A stretch of 64,000 nucleotides of DNA from Candidatus Nanohalarchaeota archaeon (GCA_022729235.1 JALDAJ010000001.1:576001-640000), one strand, 5' to 3'; counted from the first letter of the stretch, positions 46,787-55,251 are shown. Notes: generated from the sequence alone by a model not told the origin. Numbers and translations are program-made.

Positions 46787-47890
46787 ATGCCAGAGATAGA
46801 TCCGTGGGGAGACGTTGAAGTCGGAGAGTACCGTGAAAAGATGGAGAAGTTTGGTATCGAGCCGATCGAAGAGATAGCAGATAAGCTCCCTGACCACCGA
46901 TACATAAGAAGAGGGATAATCTTCGGTCACCGCGGGATGGACGAGTACCTGGACGCGCTCGACGACGGCGAGGACGTGGCGATGATAACTGGTATAATGC
47001 CGTCCGGCATGTTCCACCTCGGGCACAAGATAGTGGTCGACCAGGTGCTGATGTACCAGGAGATGGGCGCAGACGTAACTCTCACTGCGGCGGACATCGA
47101 AGCGCACAACACCCGCGGTATCTCGCTGGAAGACGCGCGTGAGATGGTTATCGAGCAGTACCTGACCAATTACGTCGCTCTGGGTCTCGACCTGGAGAAC
47201 GTTGATTTCTACTTCCAGAGCCAGGCAGGCAACGACCACCTTGCCCGCTCCAAACTTTTCGCGAAGCACCTGACACGGAACGAGATGGACGCCACCTACG
47301 GAGAACCAAGTCCTGGTAAGATAGCGTCCGCATTAATGCAGTACGCCGACATACTGAGACCGCAGTTCCCGGAGAACGGCGGACCGAAACCAACTGTTGT
47401 TCCTGTTGGTATCGACCAGGACCCTCACATAAGACTGACCCGGGAGGTCGCGCGGAAGGCGTCTCAAGACTTCTACAAGCCCGCATCCATTTACAACAAG
47501 TTCATGCGCGGGCTTCAGGGTGGGAAGATGTCGAGCAGCGATCCGAAGAGCTACATCGCGCTTACAGATTCTGTTGAAGAGGAGAAACAGAAGATCGACG
47601 AGGCGAAGACTGGTGGTCGTGACACGCTGGAGGAGCACCGTGAGAAAGGTGCGGACGTTGAAGAGGACATGGTCTTCGAACTACTTGCTTTCCACCTTAT
47701 CGAGGACGACTCCGAGCTTGAACGTATCCGTGAAGAGTATGAGTCGGGCGAGATGCTGTCCGGAGAACTCAAGCAGATAGCGAAGGAGAAACTGGAGGAG
47801 TTCCTCCTCGCGCATAAAGAGAGGAGAGAAGACGCGCGTGAAGAAGTCGAACAGTTCGTCGAGGAGAACGTAGAGTCAGAACTTGTTTAA
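46787..47890 (+). CDS. trpS: Tryptophanyl-tRNA synthetase
   Basis: FHLGH, VPVGIDQDPH, KMSSS, AKTGGR, GEMLSGELK. Confidence 0.96.
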   Translation: MPEIDPWGDVEVGEYREKMEKFGIEPIEEIADKLPDHRYIRRGIIFGHRGMDEYLDALDDGEDVAMITGIMPSGMFHLGHKIVVDQVLMYQEMGADVTLTAADIEAHNTRGISLEDAREMVIEQYLTNYVALGLDLENVDFYFQSQAGNDHLARSKLFAKHLTRNEMDATYGEPSPGKIASALMQYADILRPQFPENGGPKPTVVPVGIDQDPHIRLTREVARKASQDFYKPASIYNKFMRGLQGGKMSSSDPKSYIALTDSVEEEKQKIDEAKTGGRDTLEEHREKGADVEEDMVFELLAFHLIEDDSELERIREEYESGEMLSGELKQIAKEKLEEFLLAHKERREDAREEVEQFVEENVESELV

Positions 47891-47914
47891 GTCCGGCTCC
47901 AGTATTTCTGACTT

Positions 47915-48610
47915 ATGTTGCCCGAGTTGATACTGCGTGAGGAGGAAGAGGAGAACCTTCCTCTGCTTGCAGTTCTAGGTCTCGCATCAGGTCTGGCAGG
48001 ATTTATTGCTGCAAGAGCTCTTTTTCCATCGCAGATAGATCTTCTTACGGTGATTTTTGCCTCGATACCGCTTGTATACCCTCTCGTGACGTATTTCCTG
48101 GAGCGTGAGAACGAGTCGCGACCCCATCTCCCGGAGATACAGGTCTACGGTTCGATTTTCCTTGGAATGGCGGCAGCATTCTTTATCCTGGGCTTGTATA
48201 ATCCTGAGTTATTCTCATTGCAGAATGCTATTATAGGTGCTGCAGGGCATGCAGTCAATCCAGTATCCTTCACCACGGTCTTATCCAATAACCTGATGGT
48301 GTTCCTGGGGATTCTGGCTGTCGCGTCGATTATAGGGTCGGCAGGAGCCTTTATACTGACCTGGAATGCCTCAGTCTTAGGAGTCTTCATGGCAGGGCTT
48401 GTACGTGACTCTATTCTCATGCCGTTCGCCTACATCCCCCACGCGTCTCTGGAGATGGCAGGGTTCATAGTCGCAGGAGTTGCAGGTACAATGATCTCTG
48501 CCGCAGTCTACAGAGAGCATTTCGATAAGGATACATGGCTCGACCTCTCAAAGCTGGTCGCCACGGGTGTTGGACTGATAGTCATCGCGGCGGTGCTGGA
48601 GACTGCGTAG
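47915..48610 (+). CDS. SpoIIM-family membrane protein
   Basis: NNLMVF, WNASVLG, PHASLEMAG, AAVLE. Confidence 0.85.
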   Translation: MLPELILREEEEENLPLLAVLGLASGLAGFIAARALFPSQIDLLTVIFASIPLVYPLVTYFLERENESRPHLPEIQVYGSIFLGMAAAFFILGLYNPELFSLQNAIIGAAGHAVNPVSFTTVLSNNLMVFLGILAVASIIGSAGAFILTWNASVLGVFMAGLVRDSILMPFAYIPHASLEMAGFIVAGVAGTMISAAVYREHFDKDTWLDLSKLVATGVGLIVIAAVLETA

Positions 48611-48641
48611 ATATTAAAATCTGTGGTACAAGAAGAGAGTT

Positions 48642-48798
48642 ATGTCACCATCCGAAGCACAGGGAACACTGAAGGGTGGACGTTTTTTCCGCCTGTGAAA
48701 GGCAGATTAACAGCTCTATTTCTGGATTGGTTTTTTCGAGGTCTCGGACAGGTATCGCTCAGATATTAAAGTTTAATTTGGGAGGTGTAAACCTGTGA
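48642..48798 (+). promoter_or_regulatory. pheS leader ORF MSPSEAQGTLKGGRFFRL* with putative +1 frameshift cassette
   Basis: AAG GGT GGA CGT TTT TTC; 0-frame stop 48698; +1 frame open to TGA 48796-48798 overlapping pheS GTG. Confidence 0.75.
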
Positions 48799-50186
48799 GA
48801 CTTTCAAGCCAGTCAATACAGGTTCTGGAAGAACTGAGAGAACAGAGCCCACGCACGGTCGAAGATCTGGAAAAAGAGGGATACGACCAGTCGATGGTTC
48901 ACCGTGCCGCGATGGAACTTGAAGAAAAAGGAATTGTTAACTACAGGGAGGAGGAAGAGGTAGAATGGGTCATAACTCCTGCCGGCGAAGAAGTAATTCA
49001 AGAAGGCTCGCCCGAGCACCAGCTAATAGAGAGGCTTGCGGATGGAGCTGTACCGCTCTCCGAACTTGAAGATCTCGACCTGGATGTCGCGCTTGGAAAG
49101 GCGCGGGAGAAGGGATGGGTCCGTATCAAGGAGGGCGAGGTCTCGCTTACCGAACAGGGACGGCAGGGTCTCGGCTCGGACCGTGTTCAAAACAAGTTAA
49201 AGGACCAGGAATACGACGAAGAGGTCCGTGAGAGAGGGCTGGTCGCGCCGCAGGAAAGAACTGAACGAATACTGGATTTGACTGGTGAAGGAGAAGCCAT
49301 AGATACAGGAGAGCTAGGAGAGGAGTTCAACGTCGAGGCGCGGGTGAAAACACCGCGGACAGGTAAGAAACATTTCTACCGCGAGATAATGGACTACGCC
49401 CGCCGTGTGTGGAAAGACATGGGCTTCGAGGAGATGAGCGGTGACTACGTCACCTCCGGACTGATGAACTTCGACGCGCTTTACATCCCGCAAGACCACC
49501 CTGCCAGAGAGCTCCAGGACTCGTTCTTCATGGAGACTCCGGCGAAAACAGATTTATCCATTTATGGGGGAAAGGTGCAGGAAGTGAAAGACGTCCACGA
49601 GTTTGGTGGTGATGCCGGCGGTAAGGGATGGCAGTACGATTGGTCGCGTGAAGACGCGGAAAGAAACGTGCTGAGAACACATACAACTGACGTTTCCGCG
49701 AAGAGGCTCCACGAGATGGAGATTAACGAGGAGGAGCTACCGAAAAAGTTCTTCTGTCTTGGTAGAGCGTTCAGGAATGAGACGGTTGACAGGACTCACA
49801 ACGCAGAGTTCTACCAGACCGACGGTATCGTCGTAGGAAAAGACCTGAGCTTCCGCAACCTGAAAGGTTACCTGAGCGAGTTCTTCGAGAAGATGGGTTA
49901 CAGCGAGTTCCGGCTTATCCCCTCCTACTACCCCTACACGGAGATGAGCGTAGAGGTACAGGTCTGGGACGATGAAGACGAGGAATGGCTCGGGATGGGT
50001 GGAGCAGGTATGTTCCGCCCGGAAGTTGTGAAACCGATGCTGGGCTTCGAGGCGACAGTACTGGCATGGGGTCTAGGAATCGGGAGGATAGCCATGATAA
50101 ACGCCGAACTCAACGATATAAGAGAGCTTTACAGGAACGATATCGAAATCCTGGAACAGACACCTGTATGGAGGCCTGATCAGTAA
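48795..50186 (+). CDS. pheS: Phenylalanyl-tRNA synthetase alpha subunit
   Basis: NFDAL, PQDHPARELQD, LRTHTT, FRNE, YYPYTE, GAGMFRPEV. Confidence 0.97.
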   Translation: MRLSSQSIQVLEELREQSPRTVEDLEKEGYDQSMVHRAAMELEEKGIVNYREEEEVEWVITPAGEEVIQEGSPEHQLIERLADGAVPLSELEDLDLDVALGKAREKGWVRIKEGEVSLTEQGRQGLGSDRVQNKLKDQEYDEEVRERGLVAPQERTERILDLTGEGEAIDTGELGEEFNVEARVKTPRTGKKHFYREIMDYARRVWKDMGFEEMSGDYVTSGLMNFDALYIPQDHPARELQDSFFMETPAKTDLSIYGGKVQEVKDVHEFGGDAGGKGWQYDWSREDAERNVLRTHTTDVSAKRLHEMEINEEELPKKFFCLGRAFRNETVDRTHNAEFYQTDGIVVGKDLSFRNLKGYLSEFFEKMGYSEFRLIPSYYPYTEMSVEVQVWDDEDEEWLGMGGAGMFRPEVVKPMLGFEATVLAWGLGIGRIAMINAELNDIRELYRNDIEILEQTPVWRPDQ

Positions 50187-50299
50187 TGACGAAAACAAGT
50201 TTTCTTAAGCTCGAAAACCGTAGGTTTTCTGCAGTCGAGAAGACTCATAGAGTCTTCGACCTCGCCAACCACGAGGTGGTAGCCGAGTGCCTCACGTAA
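50184..50299 (+). repeat. Junction hairpin element with nested 51-nt insert; mini-ORF MTKTSFLKLENRRFSAVEKTHRVFDLANHEVVAECLT*
   Basis: Homologous to 5095-5147; TAATG overlap with pheS stop; supplies GAGGTGG SD for pheT. Confidence 0.75.
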
Positions 50300-51936
50300 A
50301 AATAGACAAGAGAGAGTTCGATGAACTCGTCGGTAGAGAGGTCGATGAAGAACTACTGTACGAGAAGGCTTCTTTCCTCGGCGTCCACTGGAACCATGAA
50401 GAGGGTCCAGAATGGGATGTAGAAGTCTATCCAAACCGACCTGATTTACTCAGTGTAGAAGGCTTGGCTCGTGCGTACAGAGGTTTCTTCGGCGTGAAGA
50501 CTGGGTCGGAGAGTTACACTCCTTCAGGAGGCTCCATTGAGGTCGATATCGATTCTTCAGTCGAGGAAGTAAGACCTCACATCGCCTGCGCAGTCGTGAG
50601 GGATGTTGATGTATCAGAAAAGATACTGAACGGCTGGATACAGCTACAGGAGAAGCTCCACGAGTCGATGGGGCGGAAGAGGGATAAACTGGCGATAGGT
50701 CTTCACGACCTTGGACAGGTTGAGCCACCGTTCACCTACAGGGCGGTGGAGCCGGATAGAGTATCATTCACTCCTCTCGAACATGACAGGGAGATGCAGT
50801 TAGGGGAGATACTGGATGAGCACGAGAAGGGGCAGGAATACGCGTGGATACTCGAAGACGAGGACAGATACCCGGTGATAGAAGATTCGGAAGGAAGAGT
50901 TATCTCTTTCCCTCCTATAATCAACAACCAGCTGACCGAGGTAACAGCCGGGACAAGCGACATATTCATCGACGTGACTGGAAAGGATCGCAGGACAGTA
51001 CTTAAAGTACTAAACATCCTCACCACGGCTCTCTCCGAGAGGGGAGGTTACGTGGAAACGGTACTGGTCAACGGAGAGGAGATGCCTGACCTGGAACCTG
51101 ATGAATGGAAACTAGACCCGGAATATTTCCGGGACATCTCTGGTCTCGAACTTGATGACAGTCAAATCATCGAACGGCTGGAGAAGATGAAGTTCGGGGC
51201 GGAGAAGAAAAACGATGCTATAGAAGTCAGGGTCCCGGCTTACAGGAACGACGTGATGCACCAGTACGACCTGATAGAGGACGTGGTGATCGCACACGGC
51301 TACGACAATATAGAACCGGAGATACCTGAGATCGACCAGGTCGCAGAGGAAAGACCTGTCGAGGATTACACGCGTATAATGAGAGATATACTACAGGGTA
51401 CGGGGGCGCTGGAAACTCATACCTATGTGCTCTCCAACCGCGAGAAACTGTTCCACAGGATGAACCTTGAGGGGGAAGAGATCGCAGAGATGTCGAATGC
51501 GTTGACAGAGGACTACACCGCGGTAAGAAACTGGCTCCTTCCCTCCTTGATGAATGTGCTTCGGAGGAACAGGCACCGATCCTACCCGCAGAAGTTCTTC
51601 GAGGTCGCCGATGTCTCGGTGCTGGACGACTCTGCAACAGGCGCGTCCAACAGGAGAAAGCTGGCGTACGTCCACTCAGGCAACAGCGCGGATTATACAG
51701 ATGTCCGGCAGGTACTCCAGGTGCTGGAACGTGATCTTGGAGTTGAGTTCCGTATAGATTCTGGATCAGGAAACTGCTTCGACCCTGAACGCTCCGGCGA
51801 CATCTACCTGGGAGAGGAAAAGATAGGTATTATAGGTGAGTTCTCCAGCAGTGTCATAGAGAACTGGGACCTGGACCGCGGCGTTGCGGGCTTCGAGCTG
51901 GACGTGGAGAAATTGCTGGAGATCATCAGGAACTAG
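50287..51936 (+). CDS. pheT: Phenylalanyl-tRNA synthetase beta subunit
   Basis: PNRPDLLSVEG, IQLQEKLH, SFPPIIN, DLIEDVVIAHGY. Confidence 0.97.
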   Translation: MPHVKIDKREFDELVGREVDEELLYEKASFLGVHWNHEEGPEWDVEVYPNRPDLLSVEGLARAYRGFFGVKTGSESYTPSGGSIEVDIDSSVEEVRPHIACAVVRDVDVSEKILNGWIQLQEKLHESMGRKRDKLAIGLHDLGQVEPPFTYRAVEPDRVSFTPLEHDREMQLGEILDEHEKGQEYAWILEDEDRYPVIEDSEGRVISFPPIINNQLTEVTAGTSDIFIDVTGKDRRTVLKVLNILTTALSERGGYVETVLVNGEEMPDLEPDEWKLDPEYFRDISGLELDDSQIIERLEKMKFGAEKKNDAIEVRVPAYRNDVMHQYDLIEDVVIAHGYDNIEPEIPEIDQVAEERPVEDYTRIMRDILQGTGALETHTYVLSNREKLFHRMNLEGEEIAEMSNALTEDYTAVRNWLLPSLMNVLRRNRHRSYPQKFFEVADVSVLDDSATGASNRRKLAYVHSGNSADYTDVRQVLQVLERDLGVEFRIDSGSGNCFDPERSGDIYLGEEKIGIIGEFSSSVIENWDLDRGVAGFELDVEKLLEIIRN

Positions 51937-52136
51937 CTGTCGTCTTTAACCTCGCTCTCTGTCGGTATTATTAACCAGGCAATCAGGTAGAGAAGGATTC
52001 CGGAGCCTATTCCAAACAGGACTAATGCTATCAGGAGTAATCTTACCAGCGTCGGTTCTAGGTCATAAACCTCGGCGATACCGCCACAGACTCCTCCGAG
52101 GACTCTATCGGTTTCTGACCTGTAAAGCTTCGTCAT
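51933..52136 (-). CDS. pspC: PspC-domain membrane protein
   Basis: KLYRS..DRVLGGVCGGIAE, YLIAWLIIP. Confidence 0.93.
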   Translation of the reverse strand: MTKLYRSETDRVLGGVCGGIAEVYDLEPTLVRLLLIALVLFGIGSGILLYLIAWLIIPTESEVKDDS

Positions 52137-52137
52137 T

Positions 52138-52629
52138 TCACATCACTTCGTCTTCGTGTGCGTGCCTGTAGTCGTGTAGCTCTTCGTCTGAGAACCAGAT
52201 GCCGAGTTCTTTTTTAGCTTCTTCAAGTGTGGCTGATGCGTGGATGATGTTCTTGTAATGAGTTCCTGATTCGTCAGCGTGGTCCATCGACATGTGTGCG
52301 AAACGTCCCCTGATAGTTGAAGGATGAGCGTCTTTCGCACTGGTATCACCGACTATTTTCCGTAGGTTCTCGACTGCGTGGACACCTTCGATAGCGAGCG
52401 CGACTATAGGTCCCTGCTTCATGTACTCTGCTAGTCCTTCGTAGAACGGTTTGTCAACGTGCTCCTCGTAGTGCTGCTCCAGGAGCTGGTCGGTTGCCTG
52501 TACCATCTTCATGCCGGAGATCTTGAACCCGGCGTTCTCGATAGTGGCGATTATGTCGCCTACTATACCTCTTTTAACTGCATCGGGTTTCAGCGCTACA
52601 AAGGTGGTTTCCACATAGTCATCTGCCAT
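52138..52629 (-). CDS. ndk: Nucleoside diphosphate kinase
   Basis: TFVALKPDAV, HYEEH..KPF, TIRG, NIIHAS. Confidence 0.96.
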   Translation of the reverse strand: MADDYVETTFVALKPDAVKRGIVGDIIATIENAGFKISGMKMVQATDQLLEQHYEEHVDKPFYEGLAEYMKQGPIVALAIEGVHAVENLRKIVGDTSAKDAHPSTIRGRFAHMSMDHADESGTHYKNIIHASATLEEAKKELGIWFSDEELHDYRHAHEDEVM

Positions 52630-52693
52630 TTTCGATTACCTCTTATCCATTCAATTTGGCGCAACATTTTTTAACTTGTTAAAAACCAGGGAT

Positions 52694-53143
52694 TCAGCTC
52701 GAAGCTTCGAGGTGGCGGTAAGTAGTTTCTTCGCATGGCAGCAGGTTCACGTTCTCGTTCTCCAGCCATTCATCGCCGGACTGTCCTTCATACTCTGCCC
52801 CGGAGGTCCATTCCATGCCGCTGATGTCTTCACCGCAGATATCGTACGCCTGGACCATAAGCTCTGCCTCGACAAGGCGGTAATAGTTCTCGGTACCTTC
52901 TTCAGGTGTCTCGTAGTCGTCGTAGTTGTATACCTCGTAAGTTTGTCTCTCGACACCCAGACAGATACCTACGTCCAGTCCGGCACAGTAAGTATCGACC
53001 TCCACAAACCCTACCTCGACGGGGTCGCTGTCAGTTATGAGGTTGTTGCCGGCGATAACCGCGACTACTATTGCTATACATGCTCCGAGAAATTTTAGGT
53101 CGCGCCTGAAGTCGTCGCTGAGGTTGATTTCGCCTAAATCCAT
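52694..53143 (-). CDS. Hypothetical membrane-anchored extracellular protein
   Basis: Start reassigned to MDLGEI; N-terminal TM, four extracellular Cys. Confidence 0.65.
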   Translation of the reverse strand: MDLGEINLSDDFRRDLKFLGACIAIVVAVIAGNNLITDSDPVEVGFVEVDTYCAGLDVGICLGVERQTYEVYNYDDYETPEEGTENYYRLVEAELMVQAYDICGEDISGMEWTSGAEYEGQSGDEWLENENVNLLPCEETTYRHLEASS

Positions 53144-53225
53144 AATCTGTGGTTGAGTATGTAGACTCTTAAAATGGTGTGATGCGGGAAATTTATGAAC
53201 CTGAGCATCGACCCTCATTATAGGG

Positions 53226-55088
53226 ATGCAGCTAGGGACTATACAGGGAGAAGTCAACACTTCTTCATTCACTTTCAGAGCGACTGAGGAGGTCAAGAAG
53301 TTCGACTTCGTATCGGTGAAAAGTAACGACCAGTGGATACTCGGTCAGGTAGAGGAAGTGACGAAACACCCTGACGGTGAAACGGTAGCGAACGCGAACA
53401 TCATAGGTTACCGTGACAAGGGATTGACCAAGGCTCCTCGGCGTGTTATAGAGCCGGATTCGATTGTCTACAGGGCGGACCAGGAGCTTATATCGGAGAC
53501 ACTGGGGCTTGAAGACTCAGGTTTACAGGTCGGTACCCTGGAGACGAACCCCGACATCGATATCCATGTGGACGCGGAGGATTTCTACAAGCACTTCGCG
53601 GTGCTAGCTCAAACTGGCGCCGGAAAGAGCTATCTTACTGGAGTATTGATCGAGGAGATGCTGGAGCAGGACTTACCGGTGCTGATAATAGATCCTCACG
53701 GGGAGTACTCCTCGCTGAGGCAGCATAACGAAGACTCTGACAACCCGAAGGGTTACGACGTGAAAGAGTACTCGCCTAACACAGACATCAACCAGGACGC
53801 GATTCCGATGTCGTTCTCGTCAGTCAACCTGGAGAAGAAGGAGTTGATGGATGTTATCCCGGACTCACTGACTAATTCGCAGATGGGTGTGCTTTACAAC
53901 GCGTTGAAGCGTCTCCGCGAGAAAGATGAAGACTATAATCTCAACGATCTTATGGACGCGGTTTCGCACGAAGAGTCGACCGCGAAGTGGAACCTGTTGA
54001 ATTCTCTGGAGCAGATAGAGCAGTCAGGACTGTTATCCGAGAGCCCGGTGGATCTGGAGTCACTGGTGGACCCGGGTGAGGCGACTATAATCAATCTCAA
54101 GGCGGTTGAACCAGAACCCGCGGAGATGACGATGTACCTGCTCGCGAAGAAGCTTTTCGACCTACGGAAGAAGAACCATATTCCGCCGTTCCTGATGGTG
54201 ATTGAGGAGGCGCACAACTTCGCTCCGGAGAAAGGGTTCCAGCAGGCGCTGTCAAACGATATACTGAGAAAAATCGCGTCGGAGGGAAGAAAGTTTGGTC
54301 TTGGTATCGGCGTCATCTCACAGAGACCGGCGAGAATCGACAAGAATGTGCTCTCCCAGTGCAACACCCAGTTCATATTAAGGGTGACTAATCCGAACGA
54401 TCTCAAGGCTATCTCCAAGTCTTTCGAGGGAGTCACCTCGGAAGTTGAATCGATGATAAAGTCGCTGCCTCCGGGCGTGTCTTTCGTTCTCGGAAATGAG
54501 TATCCTGTCATGACTGATGTACGCACCAGGAAATCAAAGCACGGTGGCGAGACACAGACCTCGGAGGAGTATACTGAGCGGAGAGAGATAGAGGTGTTCC
54601 CGCCCCGTAAGGATATCAGGGAGCTAGAGTCGGAGCGCGGGGAGAAGTATTCCCTGGCGCATTATCCTCTTTATCTACTGGAGAACGATGAGAAGAAGCT
54701 GCTTCTCGATGGCACATCGGGTGATGTCAAGGCGGAGCGCGAAAGTCTTTCTGGACAGGAGAAGAAGATTCTCGAGATGATAGGGAACGGGAAGTCAAAG
54801 AGCAATATAGTCGAGGAACTGGAGCTTGGGGTGGCGAAGGTGACAAATGTGATTGAGGGGTTGAAGGAGAAGGATAGGATAGATGATGAGGAAGAGATAG
54901 AGAGTTCTGTGCTTGATATAGATATAGAGGAGAAGAGGGTCGAGGAAGATAAGCTGATAGATTTTGAGCTTGCTAAAAGCGAAATAAAGGATAGGATGGG
55001 AGATGCATCGGTCAGGCGCGTCTATTACCCGTATTATTCCCGGGATGATGAAGTCTATGATCCTATATTGGAAAAGGAAGTAGGGTGA
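53226..55088 (+). CDS. HerA/DUF87 family ATPase with C-terminal extension
   Basis: HAS-barrel-like N-terminus, AQTGAGKS, IDPHGEY, IEEAHNF, EGRKFG, SQRP. Confidence 0.9.
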   Translation: MQLGTIQGEVNTSSFTFRATEEVKKFDFVSVKSNDQWILGQVEEVTKHPDGETVANANIIGYRDKGLTKAPRRVIEPDSIVYRADQELISETLGLEDSGLQVGTLETNPDIDIHVDAEDFYKHFAVLAQTGAGKSYLTGVLIEEMLEQDLPVLIIDPHGEYSSLRQHNEDSDNPKGYDVKEYSPNTDINQDAIPMSFSSVNLEKKELMDVIPDSLTNSQMGVLYNALKRLREKDEDYNLNDLMDAVSHEESTAKWNLLNSLEQIEQSGLLSESPVDLESLVDPGEATIINLKAVEPEPAEMTMYLLAKKLFDLRKKNHIPPFLMVIEEAHNFAPEKGFQQALSNDILRKIASEGRKFGLGIGVISQRPARIDKNVLSQCNTQFILRVTNPNDLKAISKSFEGVTSEVESMIKSLPPGVSFVLGNEYPVMTDVRTRKSKHGGETQTSEEYTERREIEVFPPRKDIRELESERGEKYSLAHYPLYLLENDEKKLLLDGTSGDVKAERESLSGQEKKILEMIGNGKSKSNIVEELELGVAKVTNVIEGLKEKDRIDDEEEIESSVLDIDIEEKRVEEDKLIDFELAKSEIKDRMGDASVRRVYYPYYSRDDEVYDPILEKEVG

Positions 55089-55124
55089 TGTTTAAAGAAA
55101 TTTACCGTCGCTTACTTTATTCGC

Positions 55125-55251
55125 GGGTCCGTGGTCTAGCTTGGTTATGACGTCGCCCTTACAACCGCACCGCGTGTGACGCGTTGCTTGAACCCGCACG
55201 CAGAGCGAGTGAGTGAGGCGAAGATCCCCAGTTCGAATCTGGGCGGACCCA
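55125..55251 (+). tRNA. tRNA-Val(UAC) with 52-nt intron (55164-55215) at position 37/38
   Basis: GGGTCCG acceptor stem, TCGCC-CTTACA|intron|A-GGCGA, BHB central helix CTTA/TGAG, TTCGAAT. Confidence 0.92.

Noticed and set aside
44645-48690. AAGGGTGG in aaRS leaders read as a T-box riboswitch
   Set aside because: No ACC continuation or Stem I/terminator architecture is visible. The base after TGG does not complement the expected A73 discriminator, one copy is GGGGGA, and the cognate codon is in frame within an ORF just downstream.
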